A DNA stretch of 64,000 nucleotides from Nitrospirota bacterium (GTDB lineage Bacteria > Nitrospirota > UBA9217): positions 32,001 through 96,000 of the forward strand of contig CAVUHW010000022.1 of assembly GCA_963741205.1 (NCBI GenBank). Direction: 5' to 3'. Below the pieces are notes generated by a model. That model was not told the origin of the DNA, made no database searches, and saw nothing but the letters and a program-made list of their open reading frames with translations. Numbering within the stretch: the first letter of the stretch is position 1; each line of letters starts with the position of its first letter. The position numbers and the translations under genes were made by a program. Shown one piece after another: positions 32,801 to 44,173 of this stretch.

Positions 32801-34858
32801 ATGACGGACGGGGAAATCAGTCAATTATCAATCAATACCATTCGCACGCTGTCCATAGATGCGATCCAACAGGCCAATTCCGGACATCCAGGCACCCCTA
32901 TGGGGATGGCCCCAGTGGTCTATTGTCTGTGGCAGCACTTTCTGCGTTTTGACCCGGAAGAACCCATCTGGCCCAATCGCGATCGGTTCGTGCTTTCTGC
33001 CGGACATGCATCGATGCTGCTCTATTCGATCCTCCATCTCACCGGGGTGAAAGCCGTGGACCCGGATTACGAGGTGGTCGGCAAACCCTCGGTTTCCCTC
33101 GACGACATTAAGAGCTTCCGCCAGTTCGGAAGCCGCTGCGCCGGTCATCCGGAATATCGCTGGACCTCGGGTGTGGAATGTACGACAGGGCCGTTGGGCC
33201 AGGGCGTTGCCATGAGCGTGGGAATGGCGATCGCATCCAAATGGCTTGCCGCGCGATACAACCGGCCCGGCTTCGACCTGTTCGATTACGATGTCTACGC
33301 CCTGTGCGGCGACGGCTGCATGATGGAAGGCATCTCCAACGAGGCCGCTTCCCTCGCCGGCCACCTTGAGCTCAGCAACCTCTGCTGGATCTACGACAGC
33401 AACCGCATCACCATCGAGGGCCACACAAACATTGCTTTCCGTGACGATATCGCGTCACGGTTCTTGTCTTATGGCTGGAACGTAGAACGCGTGGGCGATG
33501 CCAATGATCTCGATCGGCTGGATCGGGCGTTGAACACTTTCAGGAAGACGACTGACCGACCCACGCTTATCATTGTGGACAGTCACATCGGATACGGCTC
33601 TCCCCATAAGGCGGGTACTTCGGGGGTCCACGGCGAACCGCTCGGTGAAGAAGAGGTGAAGCTGACGAAGCGCAGCTACGGCTGGCCCGAGGATGCACAG
33701 TTCCTCGTGCCCGAGGGCGTGAGGGAACACTTCCAGCAAGGTATCGGCAAGCGGGGCCGCGAACTGCGGACAGCGTGGGAGTCCAAATTAAAAGAATACA
33801 GGCGCCAATTTCCACAGCAGGCAGATGAGATCGAAAAGATGCAGCGCCGGGAGCTGCCTGTTGGCTGGGATAAGGATCTACCCATTTTCCCCCCGGACCC
33901 GAAGGGCATGGGCGGGCGCGAGTCTTCAGGCAAGGTACTGAATGCGGTGGCCAAGAACGTTCCATGGCTCATCGGTGGTTCTGCGGATCTCACACCGTCC
34001 ACCAAGACCGGACTCACCTTCGAGGGCGCGGGCGATTTTCAGGCCCACAGCTACGGAGGACGCAATCTCCATTTCGGTGTTCGTGAGCACGCGATGGCAG
34101 CCATTCTGAACGGCCTGTCAGTCTCAAAGTTGCGGCCCTACGGTTCCGGGTTTCTCATCTTCAGCGACTATGCCCGCTGTTCCATTCGTCTGAGCGCGCT
34201 GATGGAGATCCCGGCGATTCATATCTTCACCCACGATTCCATCGGGGTCGGCGAGGACGGGCCGACGCATCAACCCATCGAGCACCTGATTTCGTTGCGG
34301 GCCATTCCGAACCTCGATGTGATCCGGCCGGCAGACGCGAACGAGGTGGTCGAAGCATGGAAATTCATCATGCAGATGCGCCACCCGGCCGCGCTCATTC
34401 TGTCACGACAGGCCATGCCAACTCTCGATCGAACGAAATACGCCCCTGCCTCTGGTCTGTTCAAGGGCGCCTACATCCTGGCCGACGCTGTGGGCGGCAA
34501 GCCGGACGTGCTGCTCCTGAGCACGGGCAGTGAGGTGTCGCTCTGCCTAGCAGCTTACGAACAGCTCAAGGCCGAGGGTATCCGGACCCGTGTGGTGAGC
34601 ATGCCGTGCTGGGAAATCTTCGAGCGCCAGAGCCAGGAGTACCGCGACAGTGTGCTGCCTCCATCGGTCAAGGCCCGCGTCGCCGTGGAGCAGGCGTCAA
34701 CGTGGGGCTGGGCGCACTATGTCGGGCTGGACGGCGCGATTCTTGGTATGAAGACCTTCGGGGCCTCCGCGCCCTTGAAAGTATTGCAGAAGGAGTTCGG
34801 TTTCACGAAAGAAAGCGTTATTGCGGGAGCGAAACAACAATTGGGAAAGGCCAAATAA
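32801..34858 (+). CDS. tkt: Transketolase
   Basis: SGHPG, RDRFVLSAGH, TTGPLGQG, GDGCMMEG, THDSIGVGEDGPTHQP. Confidence 0.98.
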   Translation: MTDGEISQLSINTIRTLSIDAIQQANSGHPGTPMGMAPVVYCLWQHFLRFDPEEPIWPNRDRFVLSAGHASMLLYSILHLTGVKAVDPDYEVVGKPSVSLDDIKSFRQFGSRCAGHPEYRWTSGVECTTGPLGQGVAMSVGMAIASKWLAARYNRPGFDLFDYDVYALCGDGCMMEGISNEAASLAGHLELSNLCWIYDSNRITIEGHTNIAFRDDIASRFLSYGWNVERVGDANDLDRLDRALNTFRKTTDRPTLIIVDSHIGYGSPHKAGTSGVHGEPLGEEEVKLTKRSYGWPEDAQFLVPEGVREHFQQGIGKRGRELRTAWESKLKEYRRQFPQQADEIEKMQRRELPVGWDKDLPIFPPDPKGMGGRESSGKVLNAVAKNVPWLIGGSADLTPSTKTGLTFEGAGDFQAHSYGGRNLHFGVREHAMAAILNGLSVSKLRPYGSGFLIFSDYARCSIRLSALMEIPAIHIFTHDSIGVGEDGPTHQPIEHLISLRAIPNLDVIRPADANEVVEAWKFIMQMRHPAALILSRQAMPTLDRTKYAPASGLFKGAYILADAVGGKPDVLLLSTGSEVSLCLAAYEQLKAEGIRTRVVSMPCWEIFERQSQEYRDSVLPPSVKARVAVEQASTWGWAHYVGLDGAILGMKTFGASAPLKVLQKEFGFTKESVIAGAKQQLGKAK

Positions 34859-34880
34859 GAAAAAAAGCGAAAGGGCAGAA

Positions 34881-35801
34881 ATGAACAGCGCACTGTTGGC
34901 ACTCGATCCCTCCGCGCGCACCCTGCGGAGCGGCGGTCTGGCTGCGGTGTTTCTGCCGGGACGGGGCATGCTCTGCGCGTTGCTCCAGCATCGCGGAGAG
35001 GAGTTGCTGGGCCGCGTTGAGGAGATAGACTCGTTCGCGAAAAGCGGGCGCACCTGCGGTATCCCGCTGCTGTACCCCTGGGCGAATCGTCTCGACGCAA
35101 TGCGTTACCGGGCGGCAGGAAAAGAGGTGACGCTGGATACGGCAACCTCGATCGGCCACGACGACAAAGGTTTGCCGATGCACGGCATACCCTGGCCGAG
35201 TCTCGCGTGGCAGGTCATGGATGAAGATGACAGTACTCTGCACGCGCGGCTCGATTGGACGAGCGCTGAACGACTCGCCGTCTTTCCGTTTCCTCACCAC
35301 GTTGAAATGAACATCGCGCTGAGCTTTGACACGATGTGCGTTGAAACGACGCTGCTCGCGGATGAGTCGAGCGTTGTGCCGGTGAGTTTCGGTTTTCATC
35401 CCTACCTTCGCATTCCCGGGCGACCGCGTGCCGAGTGGCAGGTCAATTTGCCTGCGATGACGAGGCTGCTGCTCGACGAAAGAAGTATTCCGACCGGGGA
35501 GGAAGCTCCGGTCCCCGCGTTCGACGCGAAACTGGGTGACCGTGCTTTCGACGACGGTTTTGCGCTGCTGAATCCGCATGCGTTCTTCTTCATTTCGGGC
35601 AGTGGACGACGCATCACGGTCGAGTTCGTTGAGGGTTATCCCTACGCCCAGGTGTTCGCGCCGCGCGACAAAGACTATGTCGCCATCGAGCCGATGACGG
35701 CTCCGGCGAATGCGCTGGTCTCGGGGCGCGGACTGCGCCTCGTCGAGCCGGGCGGTCTGTTCCGCGCGACCTTCCGCGTGATGGTTCAAAACGTGCCATG
35801 A
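34881..35801 (+). CDS. Aldose 1-epimerase family protein
   Basis: GIPLLYPWANRL, HG, FGFHPY, AIEPMT. Confidence 0.88.
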   Translation: MNSALLALDPSARTLRSGGLAAVFLPGRGMLCALLQHRGEELLGRVEEIDSFAKSGRTCGIPLLYPWANRLDAMRYRAAGKEVTLDTATSIGHDDKGLPMHGIPWPSLAWQVMDEDDSTLHARLDWTSAERLAVFPFPHHVEMNIALSFDTMCVETTLLADESSVVPVSFGFHPYLRIPGRPRAEWQVNLPAMTRLLLDERSIPTGEEAPVPAFDAKLGDRAFDDGFALLNPHAFFFISGSGRRITVEFVEGYPYAQVFAPRDKDYVAIEPMTAPANALVSGRGLRLVEPGGLFRATFRVMVQNVP

Positions 35802-35840
35802 TTTGAAAAATTCATTCTGCCCACGACAGAGGAGACAAGC

Positions 35841-36578
35841 ATGACGAACTTGCACATTTTCCCCGACAATCGGAGTTTTGTCAACGGCTCGGCGGATTTC
35901 ATCGCCGATGTTGCCGCCGGCGCCATCGCCGAGCGCGGTCGATGTACCATCGCGCTATCGGGCGGCGGAACACCGAAACCGATTTATGCGCGACTGGAGA
36001 CGGCGGAGTATCAAGACCGGATCGCGTGGGAGAAAGTGCACATCTTCTTTGGGGACGAACGCTGCGTGCCGCCCGACGATGAGCGCAGCAATTACCGCAT
36101 GGTGCGCGAAGTGTGGTTCGATCACTCACCAATTCCCGCCGAAAACGTTCATCGCATTCGTGGCGAAAACGACCCTGCGATCGAAGCCTTGCGCTATGAA
36201 CAGGACATCACCAGACTATATCGCTCGGCCCGGTTCCCGGCGTTCGATCTCATTTTGTTGGGCATGGGAGACAACGGGCATACGGCGTCACTGTTCCCCG
36301 GGACGGCCGCCTTGCGTGAAACAAAACGCTGGGTGGTGGCGCAATACGTTGAAGTGATGGCCACATGGCGGGTGACGTTCACCGCGCCGCTCATCAACGC
36401 TGCGCGCCACGTGGCGTTTCTGGCGGAAGGCGCCGGAAAAGCGCAGATGCTGTGGAACGTGCTTGAAGGGCCTTATCAACCCGACGTGTGGCCCTCGCAG
36501 TTGATCCAGCCGGCGAGCGGCGAGCTGCACTGGTTGGTGGATGCGGCGGCCGCGGTAAAAGTGAAGGCCGTCGGGTAA
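35841..36578 (+). CDS. pgl: 6-phosphogluconolactonase
   Basis: ALSGGGTP, GDERCVPPDD.RSNY, LGMGDNGHTASLFP. Confidence 0.96.
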   Translation: MTNLHIFPDNRSFVNGSADFIADVAAGAIAERGRCTIALSGGGTPKPIYARLETAEYQDRIAWEKVHIFFGDERCVPPDDERSNYRMVREVWFDHSPIPAENVHRIRGENDPAIEALRYEQDITRLYRSARFPAFDLILLGMGDNGHTASLFPGTAALRETKRWVVAQYVEVMATWRVTFTAPLINAARHVAFLAEGAGKAQMLWNVLEGPYQPDVWPSQLIQPASGELHWLVDAAAAVKVKAVG

Positions 36579-36588
36579 AGGGGTCACC

Positions 36589-37308
36589 ATGAAGCAAGCC
36601 TCGACTACTGAATCGGATCAGGAAGCTCAGTTCAAAGAAATGGCTGCGATGCGCGCGGTGCAATTCGTGCGGTCGGGGATGAAGGTAGGACTGGGCACCG
36701 GCAGCACGGCCATTTTTGCCACGCGGCGCATTGCGGAATTGTTGAAAACGGGCGAACTGAGTGACATCGTCGCCTTCGCGACCTCGAAAGCCACGGCAGA
36801 AGAAGCCGTCCGGCTCGGCATCCCCCTGCTGCCCGACGACTTGCCCGAAGATCTTGACGTGACGATCGACGGCGCCGATGAAGTGGACCCGGAAATGAAT
36901 TTGATCAAAGGCGGCGGCGGCGCGCTGCTGCGTGAGAAGATCGTGGCGCAGGTGAGCACACGCGAGATTATCGTGGTGGATGAGACGAAACCGTCGCCGC
37001 GCCTGGGGACCAATTGGCCTGTGCCCGTCGAAGTGGTTCCCTTCGGCTGGCGGGCGCAGGCGCGTTATCTCGAAGTGCTTGGGGCTCAGTATACGATTCG
37101 CAAAAATCCTTGCGGCACCCAGTTTGTCACCGATTCGGGCCACATGATTCTGGATTGTCACTTTGGTCCCATCGCCGACGCGCGTAAGCTGGCAGACGCT
37201 TTAAATTCGCGCGCGGGCATCGTCGAGCATGGCTTGTTCATCGGGATCGCCACCGATTTGATTGTCGCGGGTGCGAGCGGCGTTCAACACCGCACGCGGG
37301 AGGCTTAG
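36589..37308 (+). CDS. rpiA: Ribose-5-phosphate isomerase A
   Basis: GLGTGST, DGADEVD, IKGGGGALLREK, VEHGLF. Confidence 0.97.
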   Translation: MKQASTTESDQEAQFKEMAAMRAVQFVRSGMKVGLGTGSTAIFATRRIAELLKTGELSDIVAFATSKATAEEAVRLGIPLLPDDLPEDLDVTIDGADEVDPEMNLIKGGGGALLREKIVAQVSTREIIVVDETKPSPRLGTNWPVPVEVVPFGWRAQARYLEVLGAQYTIRKNPCGTQFVTDSGHMILDCHFGPIADARKLADALNSRAGIVEHGLFIGIATDLIVAGASGVQHRTREA

Positions 37309-37312
37309 GACG

Positions 37313-37492
37313 ATGTCCCTACCCAAAATTGTTCCCTCTATTCTCGCCGACGGTTTTTTGAAACTGCTCGAGCAGGTGCAGGCGGAAGAGTGCGGCGGCG
37401 CGGATCGCTTTCAGGTTGATGTGATGGACGGCGTGTTCGCGCCGAATATCAGTTTCGGGTTTCCCCTCATCGAAGCGATACGCCACGCCACG
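37313..37492 (+). pseudogene. rpe: Ribulose-phosphate 3-epimerase, N-terminal fragment
   Basis: KIVPSIL...QVDVMDGVFAPNISFG; truncated after about 60 aa. Confidence 0.85.
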
Positions 37493-37705
37493 TACCGAGG
37501 ACGATCTCGGGATCCGCGGGCTTGAGAAGCAGGGCCTGAAGAAATGGCAAAGGCGCGTCGAGGAGGTCACGGAGCGATTCGTCTCGGCCCTCCTCCTCGA
37601 CGATGCCGTTCTCGGCGGCGGGAACGCCAGGAAGTTGACGAGTCTGCCGTAAGGGATGCCGGAGGGTAGACAACGCCAACGCGTTCCTGGGAGGGTTTAG
37701 GCTCA
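37487..37705 (+). pseudogene. Polyphosphate glucokinase/ROK-family C-terminal fragment
   Basis: ATY(E)DDLGIRGLEKQGLKKWQRRV...VLGGGNARKL..LP*GCRRVDNANAFLGGFRL, with an internal TAA. Confidence 0.75.
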
Positions 37706-37855
37706 GATATGCCTGTTGGAAGTGGGCGACTAGCTACAATTAGTAATGCACCGCAAACATCAACGCTACATATGGTTCTCTGTTTGCTTCCTGAATTAAA
37801 AAAGAAATTCCAGATGGGTGTCTATGCCCACCTGGAAAAGTGTAATGATTTTAAT

Positions 37856-37883
37856 AGTTCCAAAAATACTCATTCTGAGAACT
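37856..37883. other. dif-like recombination site C
   Basis: agttccaaaaa-tactca-ttctgagaact, preceded by the same hairpin-bearing flank as site A. Confidence 0.6.
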
Positions 37884-37948
37884 CGTGTCTACAAAAAGGG
37901 CTGGACGACCAGCCCGTCATGCCGTTTGACTATAGACCTGAACTCCGA

Positions 37949-39076
37949 TTAACCGGCTGCAGTATCACTTGCCGCTTTCTGTTCCGCCTCCCCGGAATGC
38001 GCTTCAGATTCAATTTCAACTTCTGATTTAATCGTCAAAGCGAGGACCGTGCCATCGGCCTGAAGCGTCCCTTCAACCTCAAGCGTTGCGTTCGCGGCCA
38101 CCATGCCGCTCGACGGCGCTGTACCTCCCAGAAATACCGTTGCACTGCTGACTTTTACCGTCACCGTCCCGTTCGGCCCGTTCATCGTGAAGGAACCGTC
38201 CGCAGCGATAGCTCCAACGGCAATGCCCTGGATACTGACGTTATCTTCCACTTCGACACCTTCGCCAACGCCATGGTTGCCCTTATTGCCCTCAATGCGC
38301 GTCGCGGTAAGGGTATTCGTGTTCGCGTCCAGGGTCCCTTTTACTTCAACATCGGCCCCGACAATGAGATCTGCCGTGGTCAGATTGGGCATGCTCGTTG
38401 TTGCGGTCGTTACCACCGCAGTTGTCCCAATAGTGAAGCCGGTCCCTGTCACCGACGCTATTTTGCCGTGAATCTCGGCCTTGCCGCTTGCACCGAAATC
38501 GTCCTTCTGGACTGAAATGCGTGTCGCATGAAAAACGCCTGAGTTATCCATGCGGCCGCTGACCTCAATTTCGGGATGCGTCGTGCCGGTGAGCTTGGTT
38601 TGCAGCCCGGTCAGCGTCATGGGATTCCCTTTGTCTTCAAATGACGTGGTTGCACTCGTGACAACCTCATGTCCCATAATCGTGAGCGTACCAGTGGTGC
38701 CGCTTACGACAACATTTGCCGCGGGTCCCCGAAGTTCCGGCTGGAACTCAATGGACTCGAATTCACCCTTTTTCGTGGTTGCGTCGACAGTTCCTTTGAC
38801 CGTGACGATCATCCCGATCTTGAGGTCAGTTTGCACATGAGCTGTATCGTCGAATTTGAATGTAACGGATGCATCGGGTGCATCAGCTTTTTTCGAAAAT
38901 TCGACACCGTTGACGAATACGCTGCCGAAACCTGTGATGACGCCTGTGGTTACTTGCGTCTTTGCAGCCGTAACGGCCGTGCCGCTGTCGCTGCTTGTAC
39001 CGTGACACCCAATAAAGGGCAGCGTCATGGTCAGCAGTACGGTGAGAAACATGCTTCTTCTGAATTTAGCGTTCAT
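37949..39076 (-). CDS. DUF5666 repeat lipoprotein
   Basis: Lipobox FIGC; GVITGFGSVFVNGVEF; four repeats ending V.V.G......A..I. Confidence 0.85.
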   Translation of the reverse strand: MNAKFRRSMFLTVLLTMTLPFIGCHGTSSDSGTAVTAAKTQVTTGVITGFGSVFVNGVEFSKKADAPDASVTFKFDDTAHVQTDLKIGMIVTVKGTVDATTKKGEFESIEFQPELRGPAANVVVSGTTGTLTIMGHEVVTSATTSFEDKGNPMTLTGLQTKLTGTTHPEIEVSGRMDNSGVFHATRISVQKDDFGASGKAEIHGKIASVTGTGFTIGTTAVVTTATTSMPNLTTADLIVGADVEVKGTLDANTNTLTATRIEGNKGNHGVGEGVEVEDNVSIQGIAVGAIAADGSFTMNGPNGTVTVKVSSATVFLGGTAPSSGMVAANATLEVEGTLQADGTVLALTIKSEVEIESEAHSGEAEQKAASDTAAG

Positions 39077-39698
39077 GATTGATTCCTCCTGTTTTTCTAT
39101 TTTAATTAAACATTAGACGAACCACCGGTTAAAAGGTTACAGCGAAAAATGTTTCAGGAATACTTCCTGAAAGTCACACTTGCCCATATCGACCCAGCAT
39201 GCATGTTTTTTGCTTTATTATGTTGAAGTTGTTGAAGTTGCTATCCTTGGCAACACGCGTAAGGTTGCAAACCGTATTCTTCAGCACTTCGCGTAAAATA
39301 ACCCATCGACATAACCTCATCAACATCGTTGACAACTAAGAGCCTCAGGCATATATTCGAGCATAAGTTAGTGAGTGCTTTGGTAATATTTGAATCCCTT
39401 AAAGTACTTATTCAGGAATGTTGAGCACGGGGTCTGCTCAATACATGGTAGATGGGCATAGTTATTGCTAGACTGGTAAACACCGAAAAAGAACTATCGA
39501 ACACTGCAGGTTCCAGGAGGACCGCTCAGAAGGCGGAGACGTTGAGGAATATAAGATCTAAACTCGTTAGCTGCAAGACCTGACCATCAAGCAAATATAA
39601 ACAGTATAGATCTGACCCTCAGGTCTTTAAGGTAAGAGGGGCCGATACTTCCGCGTCTCTGTGCCTCGGCGGTGAATAACTATTATGTGGGGGCTATT

Positions 39699-41070
39699 AT
39701 GAAAAACCAAAAACCAGTTTCACGGCTCCAACAAATGCTGGCTGAAATGTTCGGCTTCGGTCCGGCTGTATCGCTCAGCGTTCTTGCTTTTTTCAGCCTG
39801 ATCATACTCTTTGCCGTCTTCTGGTTCTTCCATTCGGCCCCGCCGAAGACGATTATCATCACCAGCGGCGACGACGGGACGCGCTTCCGGAGAACCGCCG
39901 AGAAATACGCGAAGATCCTGGAGCGGAGCGGGGTGACGCTGAAGATTCTGAAGTCCGAAGGGTCGCTGGAGAACCTCAAACGGCTGGAAGATCCGGCCTT
40001 CCAGGTCGATGTCGGTTTTGTGCAAGACGGCGTGGCCAAGGGACAGAAGACCGATACCCTGGTATCCCTGGGCAGCGTGTTCTATGAACCGCTCTTTATA
40101 TTCTACCGCGACGGGAAGCAGCTCGATGTGCTCTCGCAGTTAAGCGGGAAGCGGTTGGCCATCGGTGAGGACGGCACGGGCACCCAGGTGCTGGCCCTGG
40201 ATCTTCTGGAACGGAACAGCATCAAGCCCGGCGGCTCGACGCAGCTCCTCAAACTGGACGATGACGCGTCAGCAGCCGCATTGCTTGCGGGCAAGATCGA
40301 CGCAGCATTCATGATGAGCGATTCGGCATCGTCAAGTCTCGTGCATGACCTGCTGAGAAAACCGGGGATCAGGCTTTTTGATTTTTCGCAAGCCGACGCG
40401 TACACCCGGCGCATCAGTTATCTGAACAAGACCGTGCTGCCCAAGGGGAGCATCGACTTCGGAAAGAGGATTCCCGACCAGGATGTCAACCTGATCAGCC
40501 CGACCGTCGAGCTGATCGCCCGGGCCGATCTTAATCCCGCGCTCTCCGATCTGCTGCTGGAAGCGGCAACAGAAGTGCACTCGCGCGCAGGGCTGACCAA
40601 CAAACGCGGCGAATTCCCCTCACCGCGCGAGAATGAATACCGCATCAGCCCCGATGCCGTCCGCTACTACAAATCCGGCAAAAGCTTTCTCTACCGTTAC
40701 ATGCCGTTCCAGCTCGCGAGCCTGCTGAATCGCGTGGTCGTCGTTATTCGTGCCGATGCTTCTGATCCTGATACCGAGCGTGCGCAGCATCCCGAAGATC
40801 TACCGCTGGCAGATGCGACTGCGCATCATCCGCTGGTATCGGGCGCTGATGGTCCTGGAAAAAAGCATGGCCGCCGGGCCGATCCAGGCGGACCAGGGGG
40901 AGGAAATAGAACGACAGCTCGAACATATCGAACGCGCCGTCAATAAGATGAAGGTCCCGGCATCGTTCGCGGATCAGTTTTACGGACTGCGCGTCAATAT
41001 CGATTTTGTCCGCGCGAAGCTTACCCAGGTCTCTCCAGGGCGCGCAAGGAGCCTGACGGAAAGTTGGTAA
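39699..41070 (+). CDS. Membrane-anchored TAXI-family TRAP solute-binding protein (frameshift near 40745)
   Basis: SEGSLENL, VDVGFVQDG, SLGSVFYEPL, GKRLAIG..G.GT, C-terminal TM and FADQFYGLR. Confidence 0.85.
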
Positions 41071-41117
41071 AGTGGCGAGCAATTAAGAATCACAAAGGGT
41101 GACAACACCGCTGCGCA

Positions 41118-44100
41118 TCACTTTTCTCCCGGCTCCTTCGAAAAGAGCTCCACCGGCGCTTTGATGATGTTCGTGAAAATTTGTAGTATCCGCGATCCGA
41201 CCGCCTTGGGCGAGAGCACGGTGACGTCGGGATTCGTGAAATCGCCGGACACGCGGGTCGGGATCGTGATGAGCGTGCCCCCCATGATCGTGTTGACGAT
41301 AGGCGTGTGCCTGATGAGCCAGTTGATTGATGAGAAAGGCGCCACGAGCACGACCATGTCGATCGTCTGCTTTCCCAGATCGACCTCTCCCTCCGCAATG
41401 ATGTCCAGCGATTTCCCGCCGATGTAGCATTTTTCGATCGTGAATACGCCCTGATGAATGTCCCCCCGCAGGGCCATGGAATTGTAGGGGAAGCCGTCGC
41501 CCCCGATCTCCGGGGCCCGTCCGCGGAAGACCTCGAATACGCTCAGGATGGACAGTACGTTCGCGAGCGTCGGGAATTGATAGATCTTTCCCTTCTTCGC
41601 CTTGAAATCCACGCGGCCCTCGAGGGCCGAGAGCATATCCGTGCCCGTACCGTGGGACTGAATTTTCGCAGTCAGGTCATAGTCGCCGGTTATGTGCAGC
41701 TCCTTGCCGGTCAGGCAGTCGATGGTATGCTCCAGGGGCTCGGCCTTTGCCGACGGCGTAAAGGTGAACGACGTGCTTTCCCCGGACACGAGGACCGAGC
41801 CTGCCAGGGTAACTCCGCACGTTTTGGTGTTGTTGAACTCCAGGACTACCGTGCCCGGCTCCACGCTCACGACTGCATGCGCGGGCGCCAGGGTATAGCG
41901 TCCGTATTTGACGTACGCCGAGTCGGCGCTGAAGTCGCCCCGGATGGGCGGCAGGGGAAAGGACCTCGCCTTCTGCTCCTGCTTTCAGCTCTGGCTTCTG
42001 CTTGGGCGGTGCCTGGTCTGACGCGGGCGGCTTTGTTCCCGTTTGACTGCGCCAGGGCCTGCTGGATCGTATCGATATCAATCCCATCGGCAGTGAGCTT
42101 CATGCCGAAGGAAAGCCCCTTGTCCGATGTGGTTACGGCCCCGCTCAGGGAGTAATGGTTCTTTCCCCACGTCACGTCAGCGGATTCCACGGTGAGCACG
42201 TCGTCCTCGGCCTTGAAAGCGAACTTGTTCACCGTGGTCGGAATCGGCATGCCCCAGGGAACGAACAAATCGCTGCCCGTAAGGCTTCCCTGCATCCGCG
42301 ACTTGAGCGGCATATCAGTGCGGACCAGGGAATGGAGCTCGCCCCGCATGGTTCCCCTCCCGAAGGTCCCCTGCTCGAATAGCCTGCTCAAGGTGGACTC
42401 CGCGAGAAGACCGGAGAAGGAGAAGTCAGCCGCCTGCTTCTGCCAGTTGAGGGTGAACGCGGCGTCGGTCTCCTGGTCCCTGATCGAGAACTTGCGGACC
42501 TCCAGGTCCGCGCCCTGTTGGGAGAGGTCTACGAAGAACTTCAGCCCGCCCGCCACGGACGCTGTCCCGGAAAACGAGGCGCCCCTGTTTCGCTCCCAGA
42601 CCAGATGGGCGTCGGAAAGGGCAAGCGGGGTCTTGACCATGAGCTCGGGAGGCAGTTTGAGGTTGTTAAAAGCCCAGTCCACGGTTTTTTTGCCTGAGCT
42701 GCCGTCGAGCGTCACGTCCACGGTGCTCACGGTCGTGGTGATGCCGCTCACCACCGCAGTGCCGGTGATGGTCGAGTCGAGGATCGTGGCTTCCTTCAGG
42801 CTGCAGGAGAGTTTATCCGGAACATACCTGAACGTTCCTTTGACGAGGCCGAGCGGGCCGGGCAGGATGGGCGCCTGAAAAAAAATATGATCAAACTCGC
42901 CGGCGGCAAGAACTTTCCATGTCATGGGCCGGTACAGCCGGCCGTTGATCTTGAGCGCAGTCAGGCTGAATTTTCCGGCCAGGGTGTCAACTCCCTGCAG
43001 GATGTGCTCTAATGCCGGATGCCACGTGCGCCAGCCGAAGACCTCGGTGATATCGATCGCTGCGTTGCCGCTTCGGAGTTCGAGCACGGGATCGTCCCGG
43101 CCGGTGAGGAGCGCGGACACATGGGACAGGGAAGACGATCCCATGCGGGCCGAAAAATCTGTTATTTCTACCAGATTATCCTCGACGGCAAACGAGGAAT
43201 TGACCAACACGGGGACGGGAAGCCGCGGGGACTCCAGTTCGATTCGGCGGGCTTCGCCGGTCAGCCGCATGCGCAATTTTTCGGGCTGGGAGAGCAGCCC
43301 CTGTCCCTTCATGGACGTGATGACGAGCGTGCCCTTTAATGACGACAGCTCCTTCATGAAGGGGATCAGGCTCTCCGATGACTTCAGCCACTCATAGATT
43401 TCCTGCAGCGCGAACTCGGCCCTGCCGGAGCGTATTTCAATGCGCGGATCGCGGTCCCAGGTCAGGAGCGCTGAATAGTCCGTGAGTGAAGAATGGCCCA
43501 GTGCAAGGGTCAAGTCCCGGATCTCCGTCTGGGCTTCGGTAAAGGAGTACGTTCCGCTCAGGGTGAAATCTCCCCACTGGTCCGTACCGGCCTTGACCAG
43601 GAAGTGTATGTCGCCGGGCGGGGCGTTGAAATGGACGGTCACCTTCTTGAGGGACAGAAAATCCCGGTGGTTTTTCCTCAAGAGGAATTTCCCGTTGTCC
43701 ATCTCGACCACGAGCCCCGGCCCGATCATCTGCAGATAGCCAAGTACTGACCGGATGTCCTCTTTCGCTTCCTCCAGGGTCGGGGCCTCTGATGTCGTGT
43801 CCGTTTTCGCGGTAGGTACGGCGATCCTGAAATCGGGCTCCTGTATCCGAATCTTTGAAAACTGCACGCGGCCCTTGAAAAGGGGAAGGATCTGCGGTGC
43901 AATGCTGAGGGACCGGAGCGTGCCTTTGAACGTGCGGGGATACGCCAGGCTGAGCCCTTCGAGGGTCACTTGCGGCCGGGGGAACAGGGAAATGTCGATC
44001 TTTTCGTAAGAAACTTTTCCACTGAGTTTCTCCTTCACAGCGGCCTGTATCTTGTTTTTTACTCCCGCGGAGCTCAGGTAGATCGGGACAACGACGGTCA

Positions 44101-44173
44101 CGGCGAATATCAGGATCGCAAGAAAACCGGCAACTACCGTGAACCAGAAATGTTTTCGTTTGAGATTTAGCAT
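41118..44173 (-). CDS. AsmA-family protein (frameshifts near 41870-41960)
   Basis: N-terminal TM anchor, long beta-rich body, C-terminal AsmA_2-like G.VDL....D..V.VAP....P.....GG. Confidence 0.8.
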
